Of a stretch of 64,000 bases of DNA, positions 1 to 13,595 are shown one piece after another. Numbering within the stretch: the stretch's first letter is position 1; the number at the start of each line of letters is the position of its first letter. Location: positions 48,608,001 to 48,672,000 of the forward strand of contig OZ024743.1 in the NCBI GenBank assembly GCA_964016885.1. The letters run 5' to 3'. The notes under the pieces are model-generated. The model made no database searches, had not been told where the DNA came from, and was given only the letters and a program-made list of their open reading frames with translations. The translations under genes were made by a program, and so were the position numbers. Origin of the DNA: Eledone cirrhosa (taxonomy: Eukaryota).

Positions 1-80
1 GGTTAGTGTCTGTGGTTGCATGATTTATTTCACCAACTGGGGGAACAATAGTTTAAATCTTGCTATATATATATATATAT

Positions 81-700
81 ATCATCATCATCATCATCAT
101 CATCAGGTTTAGCGTCCGTGTTCCACGCTTGCATGGGTTTGGACGGGGGTTTTCCCACTTGAGGCAAGAGTGGTTGTCTTGCTCGCATAGGACTGTCTGG
201 CGGGTTTTCTACAGTTGGATGCCCTTCCTAACACCAACCACATTTACAGTGTGGGGCTGGGAGGTTTTTACCGTGTTGCCTACACGGCCACATTACAGCG
301 TGGACTGTCTGGCGGGTTTTCTACAGCTGGATGCCCTTCCTAACACCAACCACATTTACAGTGTGGGGCTGGGAGGTTTTTACCGTGTTGCCTACACGGC
401 CACATTTACAGCGTGGACTGTGTGTTTTTTGTCGTGACACCTACACGATCTCATTTGTTTCGGCCTGGATGTTGTGGGACCAACATAACTTTACATTGAA
501 AGGGGGCGGTGTGGGTGGGGTGGAGGTGGTGGGACGGGGGTGTGTTTTGATAGAGATGCCTACTGACTGTAGTAGGTTTTTACTTTGTATTTAGGTAAGG
601 CGGGTCTTCTCTATTACTGAGTACCGCCAAAGGTCTCGGTCCAGTGACATTGTCTTGGTGAGGTGTAAGTGTGTGAGGTCGGAATTTATCAGCTCGTCCC
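81..700 (-). mobile_element. RTE LINE family A, 5'-truncated 3' end (ORF C-terminus, 3' UTR with ~110-bp internal duplication, (GAT)n tail)
   Basis: The minus-strand peptide WDELINSDLTHLHLTKTMSLDRDLWRYSVIEKTRLT matches the end of ORF 15934-16857. A (CAT)n tail lies at 81-105, and (TA)n flanks both sides. Confidence 0.9.
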
Positions 701-792
701 ATATATATATATATGTGTGTGTGTGTTTGTGTACATATATATATGTGTGTGTGTGTGTTTGTGTACATATATATATGTGTGTGTGTGTGTGT

Positions 793-1340
793 AGCAATTT
801 CTACCCACCACTTTCCTACACATTGAGCAGAGCCATTTCCAGAAGGCATCATGGCCCTGTTTTCCTTTCTACTTACAAGAACTTTGGTTTTTGTCAAGTT
901 GACTTTAAGATCTTTTGATTCCAGGTTATGCTTCCAAGTCAGGAATCTTTTTTCTAGTTCTGCCATAGATTCAGCTTTGAGAATTAGATCATCAGTATAC
1001 AGGAATTTTCAAGGGCATCCTATTTTAACTTATTTGTTATAGCCTTGACGACGATAATAAAAAAAATAATGGAAGGCTGAGGATGGAGCCCTGGTGGACC
1101 CCAACTTGCTAAACTCCTCACTATAGTCATTATTAATTTTAACCTGGTGGACTGCACCTCTGTACATGGCTTGTACTGACCTCACAAGCCTCTTGTCCGC
1201 CCTAGTTTCCTAAGTGGCCACAAAATTACAGAATGGGAGACCCTGTCAAAAGCTTTCTCTATGTCAACAAATGCCAAGTAGAGGGGTTTACTTTTAGCTG
1301 GGTACCTCTCTTCAGTTGCCTCACAAAGAAGAGAGCATCC
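793..1340 (-). mobile_element. Degenerate RTE RT fragment
   Basis: The peptide MAELEKRFLTWKHNLESKDLKVNLTKTKVLV and an upstream LYLAFVDIEKAFDRV-like sequence are frameshifted homologues of the RTE RT. Confidence 0.85.
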
Positions 1341-1576
1341 ATATATTTATATATATAAGTAGAGATGTGTAATTGAGACACAAAGAGATTCAGGAGAACG
1401 AGAGACAGAAAGAAATAGTGGAGATAGGAGAGAGAAGTTGTGAGGAACTAAAGATAGTTACAGAAGAAAACGAAGAGTGGAGGAAAAGGGTGAGAGTGCA
1501 GCAGACTGAGATATGATAGAGTGAAAGAAGTGAGGAAGGAAGGTAGATATATGTGCAGATATATAACCAAATATGT

Positions 1577-1855
1577 GGAGGCATGTGGCCTAGTGGTAAG
1601 GGTGTTGGACTTACGTAATGTCGTGGGTTCAGTTCCTGGCTTGTGTGTTGTGTTCTGGAGCAAAGTACTTCATTTCACGTTGCTCCAGTATACTCAGCTG
1701 AAAATGAGTATCAGCAATAGCTGGGGGTTTAATCCTGCGATGGACTGGTGTCCTGTCCAGGGGGGAGTATTGTACTCTCAGTCGCTTCACACTATGAAAC
1801 CGGGATAAGCACCGGCCAAATGAGCCTTCTGCCTTAAGACAGACTTTAGACTTAG
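1577..1855 (+). mobile_element. tRNA-derived SINE with CORE-like central domain
   Basis: A-box TGGCCTAGTGG, B-box-like GGTTCAGTTCC, central TGTGTTCTGGAGCAAAGTACTT (CORE-like), then CCTGCGATGGACTGG...CCAGGGG and a short (AGACTTT) tail. Confidence 0.75.
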
Positions 1856-2186
1856 ATATAACCAAATACACAGCCAGCTACCTAGATAGATTAATGGGTT
1901 GGATAGTGGCTTGATGGATGAGTATGTGAGCTTGCAGTAAGTTTAAGATATAAAACAATAATAAAAAATGTCTTATATTATCTCAGAATTTTTCTATTGC
2001 CATTTATTTGTTCACTTTATCAGCACAGTTTTTTTTTTTTTTTTACTGATTTCAGTCATTTGACTTATGTTGCTATGATGATACAAATTTGTTTGTGAAG
2101 TTGATTGAATCAACTACCAATGTATGACTGGTATTCTTCCCCAGCCAGTGAAGGAACTTTTTACACAATTGCTGAACCTGCTTTAA

Positions 2187-2407
2187 CCCTTTAGCATTTA
2201 AACTGGCCATATCCAGCCAGAATTTGTTCACCTCTTTCTGTTCAAACTGGCCATAACCGGCTGTTCATGCTGATGTTAAGGTATTGTTCTCAAAATAAAT
2301 AATATCAAAATCTTGTAGATTCAATATTATATGAGATAATTATATAAGATAAAGTCTTTACCACAAAAATACAATAGTAACTATAGAGTAATATAAATGC
2401 TAAAGGG
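2187..2407. mobile_element. piggyBac-type MITE
   Basis: TTAA|CCCTTTAGCATTTA ... TAAATGCTAAAGGG|TTAA: 14-bp TIRs with CCC/GGG ends and a TTAA duplication. Confidence 0.85.
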
Positions 2408-2563
2408 TTAACGGTTAGATTTCATTCAAATTATACATTACTGACCTTTAAAAATGGCTGTATGGTTAAGGAGTTTGCTTTGCAATCATGTGGTTTCAGA
2501 TTTAATCCCACTGCATCTTGAATAAGTGTTGACTATTGCTTTGTAAGTGAAATTTGAGAGACA

Positions 2564-2595
<32 letters not shown>

Positions 2596-3754
2596 TGCAA
2601 GCAGGGAAGAGCAGACGTAAAATGATGATGATGATGTGTGTGTTTATGTTCGCTGTTTGTTTATGTCTCATAACTTAGTGATTTGATAAAAAGATATCTC
2701 TGCAATAAACACCAGACTTTAAAAAATAAGAACTGGGGTTAATATGATCAACCAAATCCTTTCTCAGCAGTGCCCCAGCATGGCTACAGTCAAATGACTG
2801 AGACAAGTAAAAAAATAACTGAATTCATTGGTTAACATAGTTCTGGAAAGTGAGAGCTTTCTACATAGTTACTCAACTTGTTCTAAATGGCTTTCATATT
2901 TAACTCAACACCCTATTGTTCTCTTTTAAATATATTCATTGGCTAATATAGGTTTCTTAATTCCAATTTGTATAATGTCTTTACTACATGGCAGATTGTT
3001 GTGAAAGGTAAAGACTTCAATTTGTAATGTGGTGCAGTCATATTCCAGTTATATACTTTCCAATGGTGACCATCTCCATCTTGATTACAGTAGGTAGGAA
3101 TGTAATTCAGGGACTCGGGGTATCAAAACTAACAAAAGAGACTTTCTCTTCCACAATAAAGATATAGTCCTGATGACCTGTGTCCCTGTTGCATAGTTTC
3201 CTTCTTCTTAGCACTAAGTCAGAGATAGAAGGGCAGTGCCCATGACCCTATATTTTTTCAGAGCCTCTGTGACTAGTGGGAAGAAAGGAAGAGGTTATTC
3301 TCAAACTGGAAACCTGGCTCAAATGCTTGCAAAGACACCAAAGGACCAGATGATGGTGTTAAACCACCAGGTGAATTATTGTCTGTCACCCAAGAAATCT
3401 GAAAGATAAGAGCTAGAACAAATGCTGCAAACCATTTCCTCTCAATTCTTAGATAAATATTCAATTTGTATATACACATTTCACATTGTGTCTTTAGCAA
3501 GGCACTTTATTTCCCCTTTTTCCTGTTCACTGAGCTGAAAATATGTACCAGCAATAGCTGGGTTTTAAAGCATATAATAGTGTGGTGTCTTTTCTTGTAT
3601 ACACAGATGTTTAATGCCCATGAATCCAGGCTGAGCTTTGTGCTTTGTCCAACCCATGTATAGAAGGGGAAAATGGACATAAAATAATAATTCTAACTTT
3701 AACAAAATTCTGAATTTATATTCTCTGATTCTTCAATGAATATTGAGTTGCTAA

Positions 3755-4740
3755 AGGGTGAATTGGCAGAATTAGTAGATCATGGGATAAAATACAATTA
3801 TAGTATTTGTTCTGGCTACATTCTGAGTTTAAATACTGTTGAGGTTAACTTTGCCTTTCATCCTTCCAGGGTTAATAAAATAAAATACCAGTCAAGTACT
3901 GGGGTTGATTTAATCAATCCCCCCCCAAAAAAAATTTGCTGGCCTTGTACCTAAATTAGAAATCAATACTGAGTCACAGAATGTTATGCATAGCAACCAA
4001 AGAAATTATCATGGCAATGCATGGAAGTGCAGTTTTCTGAGCATGTAAATTATTGATATTTGCTCTATTAGCTCCAATAAACAAATTATTGGAGTTATGA
4101 ACAAGTAATGAATAATAAATTTCCTAATGAGACAGAAAAACTCTACAAATACTTGTATCAGTTGAAGACAGTAATAATTCTTTCTAACATTGGAACAAGG
4201 CCAGCAATTTAAGTAGAAGAGAAAGTCGATCATATCAATTCCACTATGTTGCTGATGTTTTATTTTATCAAACTCCAGAAGGATGAAATATAAGTTGACC
4301 TTGGCAGGATTTGAACTCAGAATGTAGAAAGTCTTAACTAAATAGTACAAATGTTGTCTGACCCTCTTCTGATACTGCCAATCCACTACTTTGAAGACAG
4401 CAATAATAATTGTTTCTACTATTGGCACAAGGCCAGCAATTATCCAGTACATTACTGGTACTTTATTTTATCGACCCCGTAAGGATGAAAGGCAAAATTA
4501 ACCTCGGCGAGCAATAATAATGATTTCTTATATAAGCACAAGGCCAACAATTTTTGGGGAGGGGAAAGTCAATTAAATCGACTCCAGTGGTGACTGGTAC
4601 TTTATTTTATCAACCCCCGGAAGGATGAAAGGCAAAGCTAACCTCGGTGGGATTTAAACTCGGGACATAAAGGGCCGTAACTCTATGCTGCAACGCATGG
4701 TGTCTGATGCTCTACAGATTACTGCTAATCCACCACCTTT
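3755..4740. mobile_element. Cluster of four copies or fragments of an abundant tRNA-like SINE (one plus, three minus)
   Basis: All share the core CTTTGCCTTTCATCCT...ATAAAATAAAGTACCAG...TTGCTGGCCTTGT with the copies at 19945-21480, 44195-44378 and 59380-59560. Confidence 0.8.
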
Positions 4741-4999
4741 TGTAATACAAAGAATAATGATCATTATAACAAAACTTATTAATGTAGACGATTATGTTCT
4801 GTCTCAAATCCATTAGCTATATTGTAATATCTACATTGGCTTTACTGACTGAGTTCTTACAATTATATGCATTGCTTCTTTGAGTTTCTTTAATTCTTTT
4901 ATTGTATTACTGGTTTCAGTTAGCCATTGCTACTTATTTAATCACTAAGTTTACTAATAAGGATTTCTTTAATGGCTACTGGGGCTGAAAACATTAAAA

Positions 5000-5490
5000 A
5001 TAATATAATCAATATGGACAGTGGGGGAGGTCCCACTTCCTACCTGCCAGTATACTCCTCAATTCCCTGTCAGCATACCCCTGATCCCCTTCACCCTAAA
5101 CTTGAAGAAGCAGAGATATGGAACAACTCTCAGGTCTGTACCTACTGGTATACTCCTGACTTCTTCACCCAATCCATGCTCAAATGGAAATCTAGGATGA
5201 ACCTTCACTGATTCCCCTTCCCTGCTGGACCCTTGCACTTCTAACACTTTTCCAACCCAGGAAAGCCTGGCACATTCCATAATGACAGATGCCACTTGCC
5301 CCAAGCAGTATATAAATATCTGCTTTTAGAATACCAAGGGAAACTGGACACACACCACAATATGTTAGACTGCTTCAAGGCTACCACCATTATCCCCCAC
5401 CTAACAGTGCAATGGCTATAGCCCAGTCTCAATCCACACCAATCCATGTAAACTGAGCACCCTAGTGCTGTAATGAAGTAGTTCTGGTGC
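5000..5490 (+). mobile_element. Highly decayed LINE RT remnant (Rex1/L2-like)
   Basis: Only short motifs remain (CFKATTIIP; VMK.F). Confidence 0.35.
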
Positions 5491-5759
5491 TACGAGGAAA
5501 AACACCCAGTCTACCCTGTCAGGTGGTTGAGCAGGAGTCATGATAAATTGCTCCCAGTACATGCTGTAAAGTGGTTGGTGTTAAGAAGGGCATCAAGCCA
5601 AAATAAAGTGTAGGAGCAAGACCTAGTTGCCTGACCAGTCTGGTCTCAGCATATGACAGCCATCTAACCCATGCAAGCATAGAAAATGTTAAATGGTGAT
5701 GATGAGTAAACAGAAAAAAATAGGTCACAAAAGTTACAAGTAGCAACAGGATTCCTTAA

Positions 5760-5965
5760 CCTTTTAACATTTGCATTACTCCATATTTAATATTGTATTT
5801 TCGTGTTAAAGGCTTTACCTCAGAATATCGAACCTATGGGATTTTGATATTATTTATTTTGAGAGCAATACTTTAACATAAGTATGAGCAGCTGGTTATG
5901 GCCGATTTGAACAGAAAGAGATGAGAGAATTATGGCCAGATACAGCCTGTTTAAATGCTAAAGGG
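5760..5965. mobile_element. piggyBac-type MITE (same family as 2187-2407, inverted)
   Basis: TTAA|CCTTTTAACATTT ... TAAATGCTAAAGGG|TTAA. Confidence 0.8.
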
Positions 5966-6509
5966 TTAATAGTGGAGAGCACCGTCCAAGGATAATTAAG
6001 AAACCTCAATGATTCTAGATTACCCCAATTACAAAGGACACCATTAGAGGTGCATGCTTAGAGTGGGATCATTCACTCTCACCACATTCAACCACCTTTT
6101 AATAAATATACTAGAAGCAACACAATCATTTTCATATCATACAATGTTTCTTTTCTGAACAAAACCTTTTGGTACTCTTTTGTTCTCATCATTAGCAATC
6201 GACTGCTTTTTTGTTTTGTAAATTATTTGGAAAAATGTGGAATGTTATATAGGTACCACATCAATTCTCTGGAAACTGATGGTCTTTTAATCCAGAATTA
6301 TGGGCATTTGAACTTTCCATGACTTACCAGACTAGTTAATTCTGCAAATGTTTGCTGTTATTGTTTGTTTTTTTTAAGTGAGAAGTGACAAAGAACCTTT
6401 TAACCCTTTTGAAAATAATGAAGAATTTGAAGAGACTTAATAATATAACCAATGTTCATATTATTAAACTGGTATTTGGACACTACTTCACTAAGGTTCT
6501 TACATAAAA

Positions 6510-6988
6510 CTAGCAGAAAAACCACCCTCCTGGTGGTTTTCTGCTAGCATGTGTAGTGTGTATATTGATATTATATGCAAGTATATATACATGTAGATAT
6601 GATACATCAAATAAAATCGTAATTTACAATATACACAGAAATTGAACGAAGACTGTGTTACACTGTCTTATTTAATCAGTAATGTAATCCATGATACATT
6701 AAAAAAAGACGATATTATATATAAACTGCATCAGGAGAAAATTAGTGACAGAAAATTAATGTTTATTTAAGTGATCGACACTGGAAGTGTTGCCATTTGA
6801 AAATTTTAAAGAAGTGAATCTTTAAATAAATAATAAAATATATTTAATGAACAGCCACGAAATTTAGTAGATAAATTATGTAATATTCATTCATTATTTA
6901 TTCAAAGTAATCCAACTTATTTTACTAATGGGATAAAAAATTATAAACTGTACGCAGTCCCGTGCTTCTTACTTTATTATAGTTTAGA
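6510..6988 (-). mobile_element. Non-autonomous Helitron (~480 bp)
   Basis: The minus strand reads A|TCTAAACTATAATAAAG ... palindrome-CTAG|T (5'-TC, 3'-CTAG, AT target, no TSD). Homologous copies lie at 34539-35344 and 46059-46510. Confidence 0.75.
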
Positions 6989-7071
6989 TTATGATGGAAG
7001 CTTTTAGATAAATATAAACACTTTACATAGATATCTGGTTTGTAAGCTCCTTTTCTCCATTATTAGGTTAA

Positions 7072-7282
7072 CCCTTTAGCGTTTACATTACTATACATAT
7101 ACTATTGTAGTTTTGTGTTAAAGGCTTTATCTTACATAATTATCTCACATAATGTCGAATCTATGAGATTTTGATGTTATTTATTTTGAGAACAATACCT
7201 TAATATCAATATGAGCAGCCAGTTTTAACAGAAAGAGGTGAGAGAATTCTGGCCGGATATGGCCGGTTTAAATGCTAAAGGG
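7072..7282. mobile_element. piggyBac-type MITE
   Basis: TTAA|CCCTTTAGCGTTTA ... TAAATGCTAAAGGG|TCAA. Confidence 0.8.
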
Positions 7283-7468
7283 TCAATGGTGAATTTGTAG
7301 CCATTTTTTTCAGTGTAAACAAATATCTAGTCAGTTATGTGTGTGGCTCTTTCTGAAAATCAATGTGGTACAATCAACAGACTAGACTCAATTTTATTCA
7401 TCTATGCCAACTGTTGCAGATCCTACAGATTCAATGTTTTAACCACTGTGCTATATGGTCATACTCTT

Positions 7469-7760
7469 TCATCATCATCGTTTAACATCTATCTCCCACG
7501 CTAACATGGGTTAGATGGGAGTTGTCCCACTTGAGGCAAGATGGTCAGGTGACCATGTCTCGCTCGTATAGGACTATCTGGCAGGTTTTCTATGACTGGA
7601 TGCCCTTCCTAACACCAACCACATTTACAGTGTGGACTGGGAGCTTTTTACCATGTTACCTACACGGCCACATTACAGCGTGGACTGTGTGTTTTTTTGT
7701 CGTGACACCTACACGATCTCTTTAGTTTGGACTGGATGTTGTGGTACCAACATAACTTAC
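7469..7760 (-). mobile_element. RTE 3'-UTR fragment
   Basis: Matches the family-A-like 3' UTR (GGATGCCCTTCCTAACACCAACCACATTTACAG) and has a (CAT)n tail. Confidence 0.8.
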
Positions 7761-8223
7761 TTCATATCAGATAGAGATGGGGAGAAAGATACAAATAGAT
7801 AAAGAGAAATGAGAGAAGGGATTCAAGGAGTGAGAAAAGGAGAGAGAGATAATTAAAGCAGATAGTGAAAGAGAGAGCTAGACAGAGAAAGCTTTCATAA
7901 TCAGCAAGTGTTAACAATTAGAATGAACATTTCAAAATTCAATGACATTAAGTAAAACAACAACACTAAAATGACAGTGGTTGTGATGATGATGTTGATG
8001 ACGATGAAACAACAAAAATATTTGCAAAATCGTGAAACAAAAACAAATAAAAGATTGAGATTGGTAAAGGGGGGAAGTTAGGTGGATGGGAGACACGGAG
8101 TACTGCTACCTTCCCACACTGATGTTGTGATTGGATCTATCAAGTCTGTGTTGCCAGGAATAAGCAGCTTGTTTTTTTCCAATACAAGACAAAATCAATA
8201 TGTCATCATCACAGGATCGTTAA

Positions 8224-8505
8224 CCCTTTCGTTATATTTCTAATGAACTACATTGTCAATGATTTTCAAATCATTTTGAAAATAATGAAGAATTCAGTGA
8301 GATTTAGTAAATATAATTAACTTTTTTATTATTAAGCTGGTATTTGGAGCATAACATGACAAAGGTTCTTACATAAAATTAAAACAGAAATTTTTTATTT
8401 AGATATAAATACTTAAAATTTCAATGTATTTATTTTAAAATTTAAAAATAACAGCTCTGTCATATAACCAGGGGCAAGTTTCAAGTGGTTTGATATCAGA
8501 AGGGG
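8224..8505. mobile_element. Second piggyBac-type MITE family
   Basis: TTAA|CCCTTTCG ... AGAAGGGG|TTAA. Related fragments lie near 6400, 26190-26403, 26700, 34145 and 45880. Confidence 0.65.
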
Positions 8506-8659
8506 TTAAACTATCAATCCATTCATTTGTAATTCATCATTTGGGATGGGCAAAGGTGGAGTGGGGTAAAATCCATCTTCTTGATAGGTGGAAATTATCA
8601 GGAGGATGTGAAAGTACACAAAAACAAATGTAGTGATGAATAGTGATGTGTACTAGAAG

Positions 8660-8905
8660 TGGTAGGAGTACTATTACTACTATTATCACCAATATTCTGA
8701 ATACTTTCATACAACAGCCACCCATACTATTGCCATAAATATTACTAATACTATCCCCCACTACTACTACCACCACCATTATTACTACTACCACCATTAC
8801 TACTACTGTTACTGCTGCTACTACTACAATATCTATGTTACCACCAATATTACCACCACCAACAATAATAACAACATCACCACTACTACTGTAACAATTA
8901 CTACT
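8660..8905. repeat. Degenerate (ACT/ACC/AAC)n low-complexity tract
   Basis: Seen directly in the sequence. Confidence 0.85.
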
Positions 8906-10589
8906 TAACCCAATGAGGGAGCCTCTAAATCATTGCTTGACCTGCTAATAACAGAAGCCAAATCTGCCTCTACTGTCTGTGGACCTATATGTAAATACAG
9001 TGTCTGGAAAAAATAAGACAGGATGGGCACGGCTGGAATGTCTTTAATCATAGATATGCTAATAAATATAATCAAAACATTAATTAGTGAAAACAAATGG
9101 ATTAGTGGTTAGGGTGTTCGGCTCATGATGGTAAGGTTGAATTTCTGGCAGTGGATTAAGCGAGGCACTTTATTTCACATTGCTCCTGATGACCAAGCTG
9201 CTAAAATTGTGTTGTAGATAGTATGTGGTGACTCATAACTCCTGGTAGAGTGATAGGGGCACTGTAGGGACATATGTGTCTTGGGAATTTTAAACCTGAT
9301 GAGGCCACCCCTCTCCAAGCCTGAACACAGTCAATTTCTTCCAAAGAAGGAGAGAGGAAGAATTGAACCCAGTACTGGATTGCTACTTTATTTATCAACC
9401 TTGAAGGGAATTTTAAATTGGAGTATAGGGAGCTGGAATGAATACCACAAAGCATTTGTAGTGCTCTCTAGACAAGGGAAGTAGCTAGAGTTACTTCCCG
9501 TTGAATTTCTAGAACATTCCTTAAAACTTTTGTTCCAGGGATTATAAATGATAGAGCAAAAAGCCATTCTTCCTCTGGCGGCAACTTAAATTGATCACAT
9601 CGAGCGCAAACATGTTAAGCTTTTTCCAACCATATCTTATAATTCAGGATTACACCTCATCATGCCACGAGGTACGTTCTGTTACCACATTTGTAATACA
9701 TGGACTACAATAAATGCAAGTTATTTTGATACTCGTTTTGAGAAACTCTTCATGCCTCAGTTATTACTTTGAATGTAGAGAGAGATAATTCTCACAAAAA
9801 AGAAATTGTATGAAAGTTCTATATCTTCTTTCTATTAAAATTAGTAGTTGGGATCCGGTGGTACTTACTGGAGTAAGTAACCTTGGGACCAACTCTGCTA
9901 AAATGGTGACCCTGAACACGCAGCAAAAAAAAATCCATTTATTCACCATCGCCTAAAAGTGGTGACAAATATTTTCATACACTATTACAATTTATTGCTA
10001 CACAAACTGTTGCTAAACAACTCACTAAAATGGTGAACACAACAATGACACAGAAAAGAATTGTTCTCGACTCTAGGAAGTTCGTTTTATTTCAGTCAGT
10101 TCGTGTGGGGCGAAAATAAAAAAATTGAAGAAGAAAATCACCATGTTGACCGTGATATTTCACCAAAATGAAAAAAAAAAATGTTTGTCCTTCGTGTCTT
10201 CGGTTCAACCAAGCTTTCGTTTTTTTTAAGTCGCCATCTTACTTGCTCGGTGCTATATTTTTATTTCAGCTATTCATGGTACTACCACGTGTGCGGTATT
10301 TGAAAAAAACCCCCCAAAAAACGCATTATGGAATTTTTTCGTGTGCCTATTTCGGCAGTTTCAGTTGTCGCTTCTTCTGCTTTCAAAACCCAGCCTGCTT
10401 CACCTCGTGAGGACTCAATGTTGAGAGCCATTGACGCGTTAACTCGGCATCTCTATCTTAGTTATTTCAAAGTCTTTGATCGTACCAAGTCAGAATCAAC
10501 CCAGCTAAATGTGTGTGTGGTAGAGCTTCACTGGAATTCCTTGGACATCTTACAGATTCGGAAGGCATTCGACCTCTGCCATCTAAGGT

Positions 10590-10815
10590 GGAAGCAATTC
10601 AGCGTATCGCACCCCCTCCCCACCTTCCTGAAACAATTACGTCATTTCTTGGGATTAATTAACTTTTATCGTCGCTTTATTCCTAACTGTGCAGGCAAGT
10701 TGTTTCCCTTGACACAGTTTTTAAGGGCTGCAAAAAAGAAAGATGCTCCTATTTCACTTTCTACCGATGCCTTGCAGTCTTTTGAATCCGTGAAGTCCGA
10801 GATAGCTGAAGTTTC
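10590..10815 (+). mobile_element. Gypsy/Ty3 LTR retrotransposon pol fragment (RT-RNase H connection)
   Basis: PTFLKQLRHFLGLINFYRRFIPNCAGKLFPLTQFL...QSFESVKSEI is the canonical Gypsy LRxFLGxxNxYRRFIP motif. Confidence 0.85.
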
Positions 10816-12344
10816 CTGGAAACCAATTTATGTAAAATAGAAGCTAGATCTGTACATGTGATTCAGTATTTGCAGGAATATTATACAATCGCATCGCCAT
10901 TTTACAGTCATTCTAGACATAGACATGTAGCAAAACCACACACAATCAAAAGGTTCTCATATTCTCAACACACACTGACCTTTAACTTTACCCTCAGTCT
11001 GCCAAATGTAGATACCAATTCCTTTGTTTGAGGTAGCATTGTTGGCGTTTAGAATTGTGGCCTTTATTTAACAGGAAATTATCAAAGGCCATCTGTTTAA
11101 TGCATCTGGGTAACCCATCCTTATAAATACAAGAAATGTTGACCCCTAAAAGACTGTCAGTTTCTTCACTCTGCCATAGAATGACTTTCACTTCCAAGCT
11201 GACCAGGCAGTTCCATCCTATGTGGTCGGCTATTCGGTTCAGGCATACCAACATCAACTAAGGTTAATAGAATTCACCACTTGTAGATTCTACATTCACA
11301 CATGTGAAGTCAACCAACTTAAACACACCACAATCATACGTGTAACATCTATAAGAAAAGACCTTTGCATTATTAATCATTGCACATGATTTGGGAGTAA
11401 ATCATGCAACCAATAAAAACATAGAAATTAGTAGTGTCTTGTTCATATGTAAATTCATATCAATGTGGTGGGGAAAACCATTTTCCCTGCAGCAATATTA
11501 CATCACCACAACAATTGACTACCTACAACCTTTGGTTTCATTGACCTTGGTAATATTTCACAGCAACAATTCTCTCAACTCTCTAAGACACTTCACTCAC
11601 TTGTCATGGACTTCACCAACAAACCATTCATTCAACTTCGTCACAACTCCTACTATAATACCATAAATGAACTAAGCAGACAAACATTCACCTGCTAAAG
11701 TTATCCCATCTTCTTAAGGATATACAGAACTACATTATCTGCATCCTGTCCTTACATAAGTCAGACTTGTATTTCAAGCAAGTTGACAATGCATAAGCAT
11801 CTGATCATATAAGTATTGTTTTGAATGGTTTAGTGTGGAGATATAGGTAGTCCCTTAGAGAGTGATGTGATTGATGGTTGCCATCTAGTTTCAAAATAGA
11901 AGGGTCAGAGCGATCATTCCCATAGTGGTCGATATTGACCCTCCACAAGTTGATAGGATTATCCAGAGGGTTCTTTGAACTTTTGAGCCAAAACTTGCTA
12001 TTTGTATAAGAAATGAAAATATGTAATACAATAAAATATGACTTGCTAATACAGGTTTCAGATTTATATATAGCTAGCTCGGGATTTGCTCTAGGGTTCT
12101 TATATATTTGATATATATTTATCCTTATCGACCCTCGTGAAATAAATACATTTGTTTATATTTTGTTATTGTGTATGCAAAAATATCTGTACACGAATAT
12201 ATAATTATATATATATATATATTAAAATAACAGATTAAAGTTTAAGCAAAGAATTGTTGCTTTCACCCTTAACGGGATCTTCTGAAACTAAAAAAAATCA
12301 ATCTGTGAACGCAGAAGTAAATATTTCGAAAAACGTTACACACT

Positions 12345-13469
12345 ATCATCATCATCACCGTTTTACGTCCGTTCTTCCACGCTAGCATGGGTTAGACGGG
12401 TTGTCCTGTTGTGGGCAGTGTCTGGTCGGCTGACCATGCCTTGCTCATACAGGAACTGATTTGGCTTGATTTCTACAGCTGGATTCCCTTCCTAACACCA
12501 ACCTCATTTACAGTGAGTGCTGGGTGCTTTTTCGTGGCGCCTACACGTCCACTTTACAGTGTGGGCTGGGTGCTTTTTTGCCGTGGCACCTCCACGACCA
12601 CCTTGCGGTGGGGGCATATTGTCTATATGCTTCAGCTTGTACCCATGGGAGGTCGGGTACTCTGTATTACTGCGTGACACCAGAAGTCACGGTCGTGTGT
12701 CATTGCCTTTGAGAGGTGTAATTGGGTAAGGTCGGCTTTTATCACCTCATCCCAGGTCATCTTGGGTCTCTCCACTCCGCGGTTGCCATCAACTTTTAGT
12801 GTTCTGCACCTTTTTATGCAGCTGTCATCCTTCATACGCATCACATGTCCATACCAGTGCAACCGCCTCTCCTGCACACAGCATTTGATTCCTCTTATGT
12901 TCAGTCTCTCTCTCAATTCATTTATGCTTTGTCGTTCACGTATATTACTGTTACACATCCATTGGAGCATGCAGGCTTCCTTTCTCTTTAATCTACGTAA
13001 GTCTTCCACCTTCAGCGCCCAGGTCTTACTACCATGCAACATTGCTGTTCGGATACACGCATCATACAGTCTGCCGTTCATTCTGAGGGAGAAGCCTTTT
13101 GCAGCTAGCAGTGGTAGTAGTTCCCTAAACTTCTTCCATCCCGTTCTTACCCTAGTTATTGTACTTTCTGAGCACCCACCTCCGTTGCTAATTCGGTCAC
13201 CTAGGTAGCAGAAGCTGTCTACTGTTTCTACAGAGCCCTTCCAGAGATTGGTGGTACTTGTTTCTTGTGGCTGTTTGCTGCTTGCTGTCCCAGCACAGCT
13301 GCTGCATGTGAAGCCTACATTCTTAATTAAGCTTCCTGAGATCCCGCTACATCTCTTGTGTACCCATTGTTTGCATTTGGGGCAGAGAATGGAGTTCCTA
13401 CCTACACCTTTCCTACATACTGAGCAAGGCCATTTCCCTGAGGGGATCTGGGTTCTGTTTTCTCGTCTA
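12345..13469 (-). mobile_element. RTE LINE family B, 3' half (PHD, RT thumb, C-terminus, 3' UTR, tail)
   Basis: ORF 12632-13081 (GRLYDACIRTAMLHGS...LHWYGHVMRM) is collinear with the family-B copy at 51638-52738. Confidence 0.92.
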
Positions 13470-13479
13470 TATATATATA

Positions 13480-13595
13480 TACGGCCATATCACGCTGAAA
13501 ACACCGGTTCTCATCCGATCATCGAAGTTAAGCAGCGTAGAGCCTAGTTAATACTTAGATGGGTGACCGCTTGGGAACCCTAGGTGCCGTAAGCA
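13480..13595 (+). rRNA. 5S rRNA sequence (nearly full length, first ~3 nt missing) fused to the 5' end of an RTE LINE; probably not an independent 5S gene
   Basis: TACGGCCATATCACGCTGAAAACACCGGTTCTC...CCGATC..CGAAGTTAAGCAGCGTAGAGCCTAGTTA.TACTTAGATGGGTGACCGCTTGGGAACCCTAGGTGCCGTAAGCA. Helix I is TACGGC/GCCGTA, box A lies at ~13526 and box C at ~13556. No T-run terminator follows. Confidence 0.92.

Noticed and set aside
10990-12000. Possible decayed Penelope-like coding remnant
   Set aside because: No motif was clear enough to support a call.
13480-13595. Stand-alone functional 5S rRNA gene
   Set aside because: It lacks the first ~3 nt, an upstream flank, a terminator and tandem-array context, and it lies within a retrotransposon TSD.
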